Positions 1-10,144 are shown, counted from the stretch's first letter. The stretch is DNA of 64,000 nucleotides from Candidatus Latescibacterota bacterium (GCA_965208835.1 OZ242358.1:1024001-1088000), one strand, 5' to 3'. Made by a program: numbers and translations. Notes: generated by a model from the letters alone, not told the origin.

Positions 1-863
1 TAGGCCAGGTACCGATCCGCTTCCGGGAGCGACAGCGTGCCCAACAGGTCGTGTGAGCGGTACCAGAAATGGGGATGACAATACACGTCCACGACACAGC
101 TTCGCGGCCATAGACTGTCGAATGACCACATTGCCAGGCCCGCCACGGCCGTGGTTTCCCGCTGCCGCAGCACCATCACCCGTGCGCTTTTGCCGTCCGT
201 TCTGCGCGTAGACGCGTCCCGAATGAACGGCAGGAGCGGGCCTTCGGTAGACTGCCGACCGAAGATCCGCATACCGGCACACCGCGTCACACCGGGAAAA
301 CCTCCTGCGAACAGCGCCGTCGACGCAGGCCAGTCCCGCCAGTCCAGTGCGGCCACCTCCGCCGGTCCTCTCGCGAAATAGCCCGTTTCGAATGCATCCC
401 TTGAAGTCGAGTAGTAATCCATATAGCCACTGTGAGGTTCCAGGCCTTCAAATCCGTGCGCCCGGTATATGTGATAGGGATGTGAGTCGTAACCCGTTCC
501 GAGGTAGAGCGCCTGTCCGCCCCGCCGTCTGAAATGATCCATCATCACGCGCATCAGTTCCATCGCCGCTCGCTTCCGCCGGTCCTCCGGCTTTGTGAAC
601 ACGTGCCCGAATATGCCCACCCCTCGCGTTTCGACCGTGCTCATATTGGCAAAGGGAATCCCGCCTCGATGCAGAATATAAAAGTACGCCTCGACGTCCA
701 GACGTTCTCGAAGCACCATCGTGTTTCCCCAGCGCCAGGTCTCCCCCTTGTGCTCCAGAAGCGCCTCGATCCGTTCCGCCCAATCCGGGTCCGGCCCTTT
801 CACAACTCCGACTTCCACTCGTTCGCCTGACTTCAGCGTAATCGTGTCAACCGGTTCGTACAT
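1..863 (-). CDS. GNAT-domain protein with C-terminal extension (3' end runs off window)
   Basis: Not in ORF track (no stop in window). Manual translation from ATG 863: MYEPVDTITLKSGERVEV...GIFGHVFTKPEDRRKRAAMELMRVMMDHFRRRGGQALYLGTGYDSHPYHIYRAHGF, i.e. GNAT motif A and YxxxGF. Confidence 0.7.
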   Translation of the reverse strand, partial: MYEPVDTITLKSGERVEVGVVKGPDPDWAERIEALLEHKGETWRWGNTMVLRERLDVEAYFYILHRGGIPFANMSTVETRGVGIFGHVFTKPEDRRKRAAMELMRVMMDHFRRRGGQALYLGTGYDSHPYHIYRAHGFEGLEPHSGYMDYYSTSRDAFETGYFARGPAEVAALDWRDWPASTALFAGGFPGVTRCAGMRIFGRQSTEGPLLPFIRDASTRRTDGKSARVMVLRQRETTAVAGLAMWSFDSLWPRSCVVDVYCHPHFWYRSHDLLGTLSLPEADRYLA

Positions 864-935
864 GGCATTCCTCATTCCCGAAACCGGATACGGAAACCCC
901 GCCGGCCCGCCCGGTCTCACGTTTCCGCAGAGACA

Positions 936-2450
936 CTATTTCGCCCACTCGGGTACGCCCGTGAGCTCAATTCCCAAAGCAGACCCGCCCAGCAGATAGA
1001 TGGCGCCGGCGACGATGGCGACCCCCGTCAGATTCAGAATCAGCCCCACGCGGACCATATCCGTCATCCGGACGCGGTCCGTTCCGAACACGATCGCGTT
1101 CGGCGGCGTGGCGACGGGCAGCATGAACGCAAATGAACAGGAGAGCGTGGCCGGAACCATCAGGAGAAGCGGATTCACCTGTATCGCGACACCCAACGCC
1201 GCCAGGATGGGCAGGAACATCTCTGCCGTGGCTGTATTCGACGTCAATTCGGTCAGAAACGTAATCATCAGGCAGAGGATGGCCACCAGAAGCAGGGGAT
1301 GTACCGCACTGAGACCTGAGAGGCGATGCCCGAACCACATGGACAAACCCGATTCGATAAACCCTGTCGCCAGGGCGAACCCTCCGCCGAAAAGCAGTAT
1401 GATATGCCAGGGCAGCTTCGCCACGGTCTGCCGGTCCAGTATCTTCCTCGCGGACGGGCCGCGCGCCGGGATCAGAAAAAGCAGGAGCGCCATTCCCATT
1501 GCGACCGAGCCGTCATTCAAGAACGCTCCGCCGGGAAACAGCCCCGACCACCCCGGGATCACCGAATCGCCAATCCGGATCTCGTTCCGGAAGAGCCAGA
1601 GAAACGCCAGCAGAACGAAATCCGCCAGAACCACCGCCTCCTCGTACGAGAGGCGCCCCAGCGCTCTGTACTGATCCCGAAGAACGCTCTGGTCAAAGGT
1701 TTTCTCGTGCCGGCCGCCAGCGTGGAAGAAACTCAACAGCAGCCATGCCACAACCAGAAACAGCATGGAAATGGGGAATGCAAACAGCAACCAGCTTGCG
1801 AACGAGATCTCCGGCGCGTCAGGGAAGTGAATGTTCAGAATCCGGGCGAACGAGAGATTCGGCGGCGTGCCCACAAGCGTTGCCACGCCACCGATGGAAG
1901 CGCCGTACGCCACACCCAGAAACAAACCGGTAGCAAGTCTGTCATGCGCCGTTCCTTCCTCCAGCTTCATCACCACCGCCAATACGATCGGCACCATCAT
2001 CATCGTGGTGGCCGTATTGGAGATCCACATCGACAAAAACGCGGTTGAAACCATGAATCCCAGCAGAATCCAGCGCGGGCGAACGCCGCACCACAGGAGT
2101 ACGCGCAATGCGATCCGCCGGTGCAGATTCCAGCGCTGCATGGCCAGGGCCACCATAAAGCCGCCAATAAAGAGAAAGATGACGTGGTTGAAATAGATGG
2201 GCGCGACTTTCCTGCCGTCCATAATCCCCAACAGCGGGAACAGCACGACCGGGAGCAGCGCGGTTGCCGCGAGCGGCACCGCTTCCGTCATCCACCACAC
2301 GGCCATCAGCAGAGCCACGGCTGCCGTCCTGGTCACGGCCGGCCGGCCGGGCTCCAGATCGAAGAACAGGAGAAGTGCCAGCGCCAGAACGGGACCCGCG
2401 AACAGACCGATTCTCTGCATGCTCGTGCCGGATGTTTTCCTCTTGTCCAT
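936..2450 (-). CDS. DASS/SLC13 family sodium:dicarboxylate or sulfate symporter
   Basis: Highly hydrophobic 504 aa; SMWISNTAT, GTPPN, TELTSNTAT, PVATPPNAIVF motifs. Confidence 0.93.
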   Translation of the reverse strand: MDKRKTSGTSMQRIGLFAGPVLALALLLFFDLEPGRPAVTRTAAVALLMAVWWMTEAVPLAATALLPVVLFPLLGIMDGRKVAPIYFNHVIFLFIGGFMVALAMQRWNLHRRIALRVLLWCGVRPRWILLGFMVSTAFLSMWISNTATTMMMVPIVLAVVMKLEEGTAHDRLATGLFLGVAYGASIGGVATLVGTPPNLSFARILNIHFPDAPEISFASWLLFAFPISMLFLVVAWLLLSFFHAGGRHEKTFDQSVLRDQYRALGRLSYEEAVVLADFVLLAFLWLFRNEIRIGDSVIPGWSGLFPGGAFLNDGSVAMGMALLLFLIPARGPSARKILDRQTVAKLPWHIILLFGGGFALATGFIESGLSMWFGHRLSGLSAVHPLLLVAILCLMITFLTELTSNTATAEMFLPILAALGVAIQVNPLLLMVPATLSCSFAFMLPVATPPNAIVFGTDRVRMTDMVRVGLILNLTGVAIVAGAIYLLGGSALGIELTGVPEWAK

Positions 2451-2530
2451 ATCTGAGCCCCCGACGGACGGCGATTCGCCAACCGCCTAATATATGCACG
2501 GCCCGATTGCTGAAAAGCGTAAAATGCCCG

Positions 2531-2559
2531 TTGACATCCTGATGGGCATATCCTACATT
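2531..2559 (+). promoter_or_regulatory. sigma70-type promoter for the tandem Gfo/Idh/MocA genes
   Basis: TTGACA-17 nt-TACATT; ATGCCC...GGGCAT inverted repeat (2524-2549) straddles the -35. Confidence 0.6.
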
Positions 2560-2646
2560 GCACTCTGCTCGAAATTGTCCTGGCACGGCCCGGTGTCGCA
2601 ACTTTCCATTGCGTCCGCCGGGATTCCGAGAGAACGGAGTCAGTGA

Positions 2647-3720
2647 ATGAAAGACGGCAAATTCGGTTTCGGCATCATCGGCTGCGGCGTTATCGCGCCC
2701 ACCCATCGCCTGGCGATCGATGCCTGCGACGAGGCCGAACTGGTGGCTGTCTGCGATACCGACGAGAAACAGATCCGGTCATTCCTCGCCGGTATGGATG
2801 GCGGTGCGGCCGGCGTTCGCACGTATTCAGATTACAGAGAGCTTGTTCGGGACCCACAGGTCGACATCGTCAGCGTCTGCACGCCCTCCGGCCTTCACTG
2901 CGAAGGCGTGACCGCGGCCGCGAGGGCCGGCAAGCACGTGCTGTGCGAGAAGCCCCTTGAGATCGACGCCGGCCGGATGACTGAAATGACGGCGGCATGT
3001 CGCGATGCGGGGGTAAAACTCGGCTGCGTCTTCCAGAGCCGCACCAGTCCGGACATGATAAGAGCCCGCCAGGCCATTCAGGACGGCATGTTGGGCCGGA
3101 TGGTTCTGGCAGACGCCTATCTCAAGGACTACCGCTCCCAGGCCTATTACCGGAGCGCGGGCTGGCGCGGCACCTGGGCGCTGGACGGCGGCGGCGCCCT
3201 CATGAACCAGGGCGTACACGGCGTGGACCTTCTCCTGTGGCTTATGGGCAGTCCCGTCGTCTCCGTGTTCGCTCGCGCCGAACACAAGGTGCGCGAAATC
3301 GAAGTCGAAGACACGGCCGTGGCCAATCTGAAATTCAAAAACGGCGCGTACGGCGCGCTTATCGGCACCACTTCCTGCAACCCGGGCGAAGCCCGTCGCA
3401 TCGAACTGCACGGAGACCGAGGTACCATCACGGTCAGCGGCAGTTCGATAACTCGTTGGGCAAACACCATCGAAGATGACGGCCGCGCCGAAGACAGCGA
3501 ACCACCGAGAGAAATCGAGATTGAAGGCGCGGTGGCCGACCCCAGCGACATCGGAAGTTCGGGGCACGTATTCCTGGTCGATGACCTTGTCCGGGCAATC
3601 GGAGAAGACGGTGAACCTTACGTTACCGGCGAGTCCGCTCGTGGCGCGGTCGATCTCATTCTGGCGATCTACGAGTCCGCGCGTTCCGGCCGGGAAGTCG
3701 AAGTGCGGCACACAGGCTGA
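2647..3720 (+). CDS. Gfo/Idh/MocA family oxidoreductase
   Basis: GIIGCGVIA, CTPSGLH, CEKP, GGGALMNQGVHGVD. Confidence 0.93.
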   Translation: MKDGKFGFGIIGCGVIAPTHRLAIDACDEAELVAVCDTDEKQIRSFLAGMDGGAAGVRTYSDYRELVRDPQVDIVSVCTPSGLHCEGVTAAARAGKHVLCEKPLEIDAGRMTEMTAACRDAGVKLGCVFQSRTSPDMIRARQAIQDGMLGRMVLADAYLKDYRSQAYYRSAGWRGTWALDGGGALMNQGVHGVDLLLWLMGSPVVSVFARAEHKVREIEVEDTAVANLKFKNGAYGALIGTTSCNPGEARRIELHGDRGTITVSGSSITRWANTIEDDGRAEDSEPPREIEIEGAVADPSDIGSSGHVFLVDDLVRAIGEDGEPYVTGESARGAVDLILAIYESARSGREVEVRHTG

Positions 3721-3780
3721 CCCCATGCGGCGACTGCACGGTGTGCCGCTCTCCAACACATAATCAGGGACAATGAGAAA

Positions 3781-4839
3781 ATGGCGAAAAACAACAAACT
3801 CGGCTGGGGCATCATCGGCGCCGGCATGATCGCAGGCCATTTCCGGTCCGGCATCGAAGCCTGCCCCGACGCGGAACTGGTTGCCGTATGCAATTACAAC
3901 GAGGAGAAGGGAAGGAAATTCGCCGCTGAGTCCGGTGGGATCAGATATTACAAGAACTATCAGGACCTCGTCGCGGATCCCGAAGTGCACATCGCGGGCA
4001 TCTGTACACCGTCAGGCATGCACGCTGACAATGTGATTGCGGCCGCCCGGGCGGGCGTACACTCCCTGTGTGAGAAGCCGCTGGACGTCACACGTGAGAA
4101 AATGAGCCTGATGATCAACACCTGCCGCGATGCCGGCGTCAAGCTCGGCTGTATTTTTCAGAGTCGAACCAGCGATGAAGCCATAAAAGTTCGAAACGCC
4201 ATCAAGGACGGAGAACTCGGCAAACTGGTGCTGGCAGATGCCCTGATGAAGAATTACCGCTCTCAGGCGTACTACAACAGCGCCGGCTGGCGCGGTACGT
4301 GGAAGGACGATGGCGGCGGCGCGCTGATGAACCAGGGGGTACACGGGGTGGACCTTCTGCTGTGGCTGATCGATGACGACGTCGAATCCGTGTTCGCGCG
4401 CGCGGAACACAAGGTGCGCGACATCGAAGTGGAAGACACCGCCGTCGCCACGATCAAATACCGGAGCGGTGCCTTCGGGACGCTCATCGGCACCACGTCC
4501 TGCAACCCGGGAGAGGCGTCTCGTATCGAACTCCACGGCAATTGCGGGACCATCACCATGAGCGGCACCCAGATCACGCGCTGGGCGACCACGACCGAGG
4601 AAGACGGACGCGCTGCCGACGCGTTTCCCCCGAGGCAGATCGCCGCGGCAGGCAACGTGGGCGCCGCCAGCGCGGTCGCGCCCGGCCATGGCTTTCTTGT
4701 AAACGATATTACCCGCGCCGTACTGGAAGACCGCGATCCCCACATCCCGGGCGAGTCCGCGCGGAAGTCCGTGGACCTGATCCTGGCCATCTACGAATCC
4801 GCCCGGACCGGACGGGAGATTGTCATGGACGCGTGGTAG
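3781..4839 (+). CDS. Gfo/Idh/MocA family oxidoreductase (tandem paralog of upstream gene)
   Basis: GIIGAGMIA, CTPSGMH, CEKP, GGGALMNQGVHGVD; long segments identical to 2647-3720. Confidence 0.93.
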   Translation: MAKNNKLGWGIIGAGMIAGHFRSGIEACPDAELVAVCNYNEEKGRKFAAESGGIRYYKNYQDLVADPEVHIAGICTPSGMHADNVIAAARAGVHSLCEKPLDVTREKMSLMINTCRDAGVKLGCIFQSRTSDEAIKVRNAIKDGELGKLVLADALMKNYRSQAYYNSAGWRGTWKDDGGGALMNQGVHGVDLLLWLIDDDVESVFARAEHKVRDIEVEDTAVATIKYRSGAFGTLIGTTSCNPGEASRIELHGNCGTITMSGTQITRWATTTEEDGRAADAFPPRQIAAAGNVGAASAVAPGHGFLVNDITRAVLEDRDPHIPGESARKSVDLILAIYESARTGREIVMDAW

Positions 4840-4874
4840 TCTCCGGATCGGGCGCGAACGTGTCGGGACAGCAA

Positions 4875-4919
4875 AAAAGGAACAGCCGGTTGCGAAACCA
4901 GAAACCCGCTGTTCCTTTT
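4875..4919. terminator. Bidirectional intrinsic terminator between convergent genes
   Basis: AAAAGGAACAGC...GCTGTTCCTTTT inverted repeat with A and T tails. Confidence 0.7.
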
Positions 4920-4942
4920 GATTTTTACGATGTCCTGCGTAT

Positions 4943-6016
4943 TCAGGCGCCGCCGTTTTTCAAATTCACGACCTTTCCATGCTCTGCGGAGGCGTAAATC
5001 GCTTCCACGACCTCTACGGCCTTCAGCCCATCGTTGCCCGAAATCCCGGGAGGTCTCCCATGCAGAATGGCGTCGACCGTCTCGCTCAGATACACCCGGC
5101 CGGAAACACCGCCGTAACCGTCTGCCGCTTCGGAAGCGATCTTCAACGTCGTCCGGGGTCCGTCTGGAAAGTCGGGATCGTCGCTGACCACAAAGACTTC
5201 GTCGGCGGTTCCCCCCCACGCCGGGCTCCACGACACCGTGCCCAGGCTGCCTCGAAGGCCAATGAAGAGATCCCTGCCGGCGGGATAGGCTTTCGGTACG
5301 GAATAACTGATATCCAGCGTGGCTGTGGCGCCGCTTCTGAATCTTACGATACCGAAGCTGTTGTCTTCAATATCCAGCCGGTGTTGCAGGTGGCTCACCA
5401 TGCCTGTCGCCTGCCGAACCTCGTCCTTCAGGAACCACCGGAACAGATCGATCCAGTGCGTACCCAGATTGTGCATCGGGCCGCCGCCCGCGATCGCCTT
5501 CTGGTTCAGCCAGGGTGATATCCCGTCATCCAGATATCGCAGGGGCGAACCCGCCGCGCACCGGCCCTCGAGCGCGACAATCTGCCCCAGTATGCCGCGA
5601 TCAACAAGCTCCTTGATCTTTCTGGATGCCGGATGCGCGCGCCAGCAGTAGGGCGAGGACAATGTCACACCCGCCGATTCAGTGGCCGCGATCATGCGCC
5701 GGATACCCTCGGACGTATCCGCCATCGGCTTCTCCACAATCACATGCTTACCGGAGGACGCGGCCCGTTCCACCGCGTCCGGGCACTCCGCGTGCGGCAG
5801 CAGGATCACCACCAGGCCGATATCCTCCCGCGCGAGAAGCGTATTGTAGTCCTCATACCCATCGATCCCGGTCTGCCGGCACACCCGCTCCAGATACGCC
5901 GGGTCCGCTTCCGCGACGGCGCGCACCTCCGACCTGGCGATGGCATCGAAATGTGGAAGATAATCCAGCGAATGAAGGTGATGAAATCCGACTATCCCAA
6001 CCCCGAGCCTGTTCAT
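4943..6016 (-). CDS. Gfo/Idh/MocA family oxidoreductase
   Basis: Start moved to ATG 6016 (MNRLGVGIVG, SD AAGGAG); VEKP, GGGPMHNLGTHWID. The longer ORF start lies inside a MITE. Confidence 0.88.
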   Translation of the reverse strand: MNRLGVGIVGFHHLHSLDYLPHFDAIARSEVRAVAEADPAYLERVCRQTGIDGYEDYNTLLAREDIGLVVILLPHAECPDAVERAASSGKHVIVEKPMADTSEGIRRMIAATESAGVTLSSPYCWRAHPASRKIKELVDRGILGQIVALEGRCAAGSPLRYLDDGISPWLNQKAIAGGGPMHNLGTHWIDLFRWFLKDEVRQATGMVSHLQHRLDIEDNSFGIVRFRSGATATLDISYSVPKAYPAGRDLFIGLRGSLGTVSWSPAWGGTADEVFVVSDDPDFPDGPRTTLKIASEAADGYGGVSGRVYLSETVDAILHGRPPGISGNDGLKAVEVVEAIYASAEHGKVVNLKNGGA

Positions 6017-6035
6017 CGAATCGCATTCTCCTTTA

Positions 6036-6245
6036 GAAGCTGTTTTAAAATTTCCAGCGGTCTTCGCGCGGCTGCAAAAGCGCCGGTCGGCGTTGGTCAA
6101 ATCCACCCGTCCTATGAGATCGAGGCTGCGCTTGCTCGCCTCTCATAGGCGGATTTTCCCGTCGGCGCTGCACGCCCCTCGCGCCTCATAACCGCCACTT
6201 TTTCGCTCGCGCTCGGGAACTCACCGGTAATTTTAAAACAACTTC
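6036..6245 (-). mobile_element. MITE family A, copy 1
   Basis: TIR GAAGCTGTTTTAAAA / TTTTAAAACAACTTC, flanked by TTA on both sides (3-bp TSD); homologous to 11403-11563 and 59005-59213. Confidence 0.85.
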
Positions 6246-6292
6246 TTACGGCCGGACGCGAATACCTGTCCTCGGTATCCGGCTGTGTGCAT

Positions 6293-7528
6293 TCAGCCGC
6301 ACCAATCGACGATGGCGCGTGCGAGGACTTCCGCACCGGCTGCCAGACTTTGAACGGGGATCTGTTCCTGGCTTGAGTGCGCCACGCCCAGCGTTCCCGC
6401 GCCGATCACCACGGCGGGGACGCCGATCAGATTGGAATAGAACCACGCATCGCAGGACGCCGGCATCGCCGCCACCTCGGCGGCTTGTCCGCTTGCAAGG
6501 CAAGCCTGTTCCAATGTCCTGACGATGGGATGATCCACGGGTACCTCGTTGCAGTCGTGACGGTACATGAACTCCATATCGAAATGGTCCGGGAGCCAGT
6601 CTCCTCCCTCGGCCTTCAGCGCTTCCTCCATCTCGCGCATCACATCTTCTTTGTTCCTGTTCGGCAGGAATCCGAGAACGCCCTTGAACGTCGCCTTTCT
6701 CGGAGCCATCGCGGGCCAGTCACCGGCCTCCAGCGTTCCGAACGTAATGGGCATCGGGTTGTCATATGAATCGTAAAGCGGGTGTCCTTTGGATTCAGCC
6801 AACAGTCTCCCGTGATATCTTTCCAGAATCTCGATGGCGCGTATGGCCTCCTTCAGCGCGCTCACCGTGCGTCCGGCCTGTCCGCTGTGGCCCGCCCGCC
6901 CGTAAACATCCACCGTAAACCATACCGCGCCGCGTATCGACGGGAGGATCTTCAGTTCGGAGGGCTCCAGAACCAGGGCCACGTCGGCCCGGTCGTTTCC
7001 ACGTACGAACGCGAGCGTTCCGTTGCCGCCGCACTCCTCCTCGACCACAAGGTGCCCGATCAGGTCTCCCTTAAGTTCCACGCCCATCTCTCTCAGGGCG
7101 GCGAGCGCAAGGTACAACATGGCCGCCTGACCCTTGCAATCGCACGCTCCACGGCCGAATACGACCCCGTCTTCCACGCGCCCGTCGAACGGACGGTCCT
7201 GGTCCGATGAGGCGGGAACGACGTCCAGGTGGGTATTCACGATCAACGAACGTCCGCCGCCGACTCCCTTTTTGATCACCCTCAGATTCGGTCGATCCGC
7301 ATAACTGAGATCCGGAAGCCTGAACGAATAGTCGGGATCCTCCTGAATCGTGTCCGCAATGGGCACAAGTTCACGTTCGTCGACCACCTCCTGCATCCGG
7401 GCGTGCAACACGCGAATCGCCTGACCTTCATTTCCGCGCACGGACGGGATGCGGATCAGATCGCAAAGCAGCGCTACCGCATCTTCCTTGTGAGACTCGA
7501 CTGCGGACTTCAATAACCGGTTATCCAA
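6293..7528 (-). CDS. M20A (ArgE/DapE family) deacylase
   Basis: NTHLDVVP, GRGACDCKG, VVEEECGG, VLEP, AHS motifs; start set to TTG 7528 (GGGAG SD 7 nt upstream). Confidence 0.88.
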   Translation of the reverse strand: MDNRLLKSAVESHKEDAVALLCDLIRIPSVRGNEGQAIRVLHARMQEVVDERELVPIADTIQEDPDYSFRLPDLSYADRPNLRVIKKGVGGGRSLIVNTHLDVVPASSDQDRPFDGRVEDGVVFGRGACDCKGQAAMLYLALAALREMGVELKGDLIGHLVVEEECGGNGTLAFVRGNDRADVALVLEPSELKILPSIRGAVWFTVDVYGRAGHSGQAGRTVSALKEAIRAIEILERYHGRLLAESKGHPLYDSYDNPMPITFGTLEAGDWPAMAPRKATFKGVLGFLPNRNKEDVMREMEEALKAEGGDWLPDHFDMEFMYRHDCNEVPVDHPIVRTLEQACLASGQAAEVAAMPASCDAWFYSNLIGVPAVVIGAGTLGVAHSSQEQIPVQSLAAGAEVLARAIVDWCG

Positions 7529-7598
7529 GAGCGCACTCCCGGGATCCGGCGCGTGTGATTCCGGATCCTCAGCTACAGGTACTGCATGACCGTCCGGG

Positions 7599-8936
7599 TC
7601 ATCCGGCGAGTTCTTCCAGGGCACGGTCGAGGATGTCGATGCCCAGTCCCGCTTCCTCCTCGGAAATAACCAGCGGCGGAGCGATCCGTACGACATTTCC
7701 GTATAATCCGACCTTGCCGAGCAGAAGACCGTACTCCCCGGCCCTCAGAAGCAGATTCGACGTCAGTTCCGGCGCGGGTGTCTTGTCCTCGGGGTCCAGT
7801 ACGAACTCGAGACCGATCACGAGGCCCTGCCCGCGTACGTCGCCCAGCACCGGGTACTTCGCCTTCATTGCCTGAAACCGTGCTATCATATAGGCGCCAA
7901 CGCGTCGCGAGTTTTCCGGCAACCGCTCGTCTTCCATTGCGTCCAGTACAGCGTGGGACGCGGCGCTGGCCAGCGGATTTCCGCCGCAGGTGCTGGACAT
8001 TTCGCCGGTTCCCATGCATTCGAAAATCCGACTTTCGCCGGCAAGCGCGGAAGCCGGCATTCCGCTGCCGATACCCTTGCCAAGACAGACCATATTCGGC
8101 TGCAGGTGCTCCCAATCCAGCGCGAACAGCTTTCCGGTCCGCCCGAACGACGACTGCACTTCGTCCAGAATGAAGACCAGTCCGCGCTTCCTCGCCCACG
8201 CTTCGAGACCCTTCAGCCAGCCTGCTGGCGGGAAAATGAAACCCGCGCCTCCCTGGTAGGGTTCGGTGATCACGGCGCCCAGGTCGCCCGTGGACGTCGA
8301 ATCGATAATCCTGTCCAGGTTTTCGAGACAGCGCTGCGCGCATTCTTCTTCGGTTTCGCTCCTGTAGAAGTCCCGATAGAAATAGGGAAACGGCGCCAGA
8401 ATTCCGCCTGGCAACTGAGGTCCGAACGCGCGCCTGGTATTCTTGCTTCCTGCCACGCTCATCGGTCCGTAAGTGCGACCGTGGAATCCCCCGTAAAACG
8501 AGAGCACCTCGTGCTTGCCCGTGAACCGTTTTGCAATGCGGATCGCCGCCTCCGTGGCCTCGGCGCCCGTTGTCAGCAGGAACGTCTGATCGATATTGTC
8601 AGGCAGCAGATCGGTCAGGCGCTTTGACAGCGTAACCCGCTCCGGCGTGGGGAAGGAGTAACAGTTCATCAGCCTCCCGGCCTGTTCCCGGATACGCTCC
8701 ACGTGGCGCGGGTGCGAGTGGCCGAGATTCGTCACCAGCACACCGGAGGTAAAATCCAGAAACCGGTTGCCGTCCACGTCCCACACCCAGACCCCCTCAC
8801 CATGGTCCCACACCACCGGCACCTGATCGGCCATACAAGGCGGCTCGTATTCCCTGGAAACCTCGAGCAGTTCGGCGGAACCGGGTCCCGGTATCTTGCG
8901 TTTCTCCAATGTCATCGAGTTCGCCACCTGCGCCAT
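7599..8936 (-). CDS. Class-III PLP aminotransferase (GabT/ArgD-like)
   Basis: DFTSGV, GFHGRT, EPYQG, DEVQSSFGRTG, LGKGIG. Confidence 0.92.
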   Translation of the reverse strand: MAQVANSMTLEKRKIPGPGSAELLEVSREYEPPCMADQVPVVWDHGEGVWVWDVDGNRFLDFTSGVLVTNLGHSHPRHVERIREQAGRLMNCYSFPTPERVTLSKRLTDLLPDNIDQTFLLTTGAEATEAAIRIAKRFTGKHEVLSFYGGFHGRTYGPMSVAGSKNTRRAFGPQLPGGILAPFPYFYRDFYRSETEEECAQRCLENLDRIIDSTSTGDLGAVITEPYQGGAGFIFPPAGWLKGLEAWARKRGLVFILDEVQSSFGRTGKLFALDWEHLQPNMVCLGKGIGSGMPASALAGESRIFECMGTGEMSSTCGGNPLASAASHAVLDAMEDERLPENSRRVGAYMIARFQAMKAKYPVLGDVRGQGLVIGLEFVLDPEDKTPAPELTSNLLLRAGEYGLLLGKVGLYGNVVRIAPPLVISEEEAGLGIDILDRALEELAG

Positions 8937-8961
8937 TTCAGATCTCCCGACAGGTTGATGT

Positions 8962-9951
8962 TCAAGCGAGTTCCTTGTTGATCAGGAACCGTGGCGGACG
9001 CCCTTCTATGAATCGCACAAAGTCCTCCATCACCTTTTCGCGCATGCTCCAGTTCGCCTCTTCCGAATACCACGCCAGATGGGGCGCCAGGAGCGCATTC
9101 TCCAGGTTGAACAGATCCATCTCCGGATCGGGCGGCTCCTGTTCGTACACGTCGACGGCCGCGCCGGCGATCCAGCCGTCCCTCAAGGCACGCGCAAGGG
9201 CATCCGCGTCGACCAGACCGCCGCGCGCCGTATTTACGAGATAGGCGTGGGATTTCATCGCCCGGAGTTCTCTTTCGCCGATGAGATGATACGATTCCTC
9301 GTCGAGCGATGCGTGAACCGTAATCATATCCGCTTCATTCAGTACCGTGTCCAGATCCACCGTCCGAACACCCAGCTCCTCCTGGCGTTCTTCGGACAAG
9401 TACGGATCGCAGACCAGGATATCCACCTCAAAACCGGCCAGCTTCTGAAGCGTCAGGCTCCCGATGCGTCCGCAACCGATAATGCCCACGGTCTTTCCCT
9501 TGACGGAATAGACCGGATAGACCTCGGTGAAATCCCAGATCCCGTTCCGGCTCGACGCCTCCAGAATCTTCCTTCCCACATTCAACTTCCGCCAGCCGGA
9601 CAACATCAGCGTAATGGCGTGTTCCGCCACCTCATCCGAACAGTAGTCCGGCTCGTAGGCGACGCGAATTCCCTTCTTCGTCGCGGCGCTCACGTCCACG
9701 TTGTCGTATCCGACGCCGTGCCTCAAAATCAGCTTGCACCTTTCCAGCTGATCGATCACGCCCGCGGTCATCTTGACCATATTTACGAGAATCATATCCG
9801 CGTCGACGATCTTTTCGACCAGCTCTGACTCCGGCATGAACTTGAGCTGATGATATTCGAAGGTGACGTGCCCGTACTTACCGAGTTCCTCCTCTTCCCA
9901 TTTCAGGTCGGGCTCGATATAGTCGGTCACGACAATCTTGATCGGTTCCAT
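8962..9951 (-). CDS. D-isomer 2-hydroxyacid dehydrogenase (CtBP/SerA-like)
   Basis: GVGYDNVD, GIIGCGRIG, NTARGGLVD, DVYEQEP, PHLAW. Confidence 0.92.
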   Translation of the reverse strand: MEPIKIVVTDYIEPDLKWEEEELGKYGHVTFEYHQLKFMPESELVEKIVDADMILVNMVKMTAGVIDQLERCKLILRHGVGYDNVDVSAATKKGIRVAYEPDYCSDEVAEHAITLMLSGWRKLNVGRKILEASSRNGIWDFTEVYPVYSVKGKTVGIIGCGRIGSLTLQKLAGFEVDILVCDPYLSEERQEELGVRTVDLDTVLNEADMITVHASLDEESYHLIGERELRAMKSHAYLVNTARGGLVDADALARALRDGWIAGAAVDVYEQEPPDPEMDLFNLENALLAPHLAWYSEEANWSMREKVMEDFVRFIEGRPPRFLINKELA

Positions 9952-9982
9952 AAAAAGCTCCCGGTAGAATAGAAAATCCTAG

Positions 9983-10139
9983 CAGCCCGTTGAAAGAGTC
10001 CATCTGGTCTGCGGCCGGCCATTGCGGTCGAAATTCTGCGTTGCGCTCCCTCGCCGAATCGCAGGATGGGACTCGGTTGCGCGCCTTGTCTTCGGCCACA
10101 ATACCCCGGCCTCTGCAGAGCGACTTTATCAACGGACTG
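9983..10139. mobile_element. MITE family C (single copy)
   Basis: Imperfect TIR CAGCCCGTTGAAAGAGTC / GACTTTATCAACGGACTG, flanked by CTAG and CTCG; fills the intergenic gap. Confidence 0.65.
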
Positions 10140-10144
10140 CTCGT

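Noticed and set aside
448-830. Apparent frameshift or short ORFs in the first gene
   Set aside because: Manual translation shows one continuous minus-strand frame from 863 to the window edge; the listed short ORFs are shadows.
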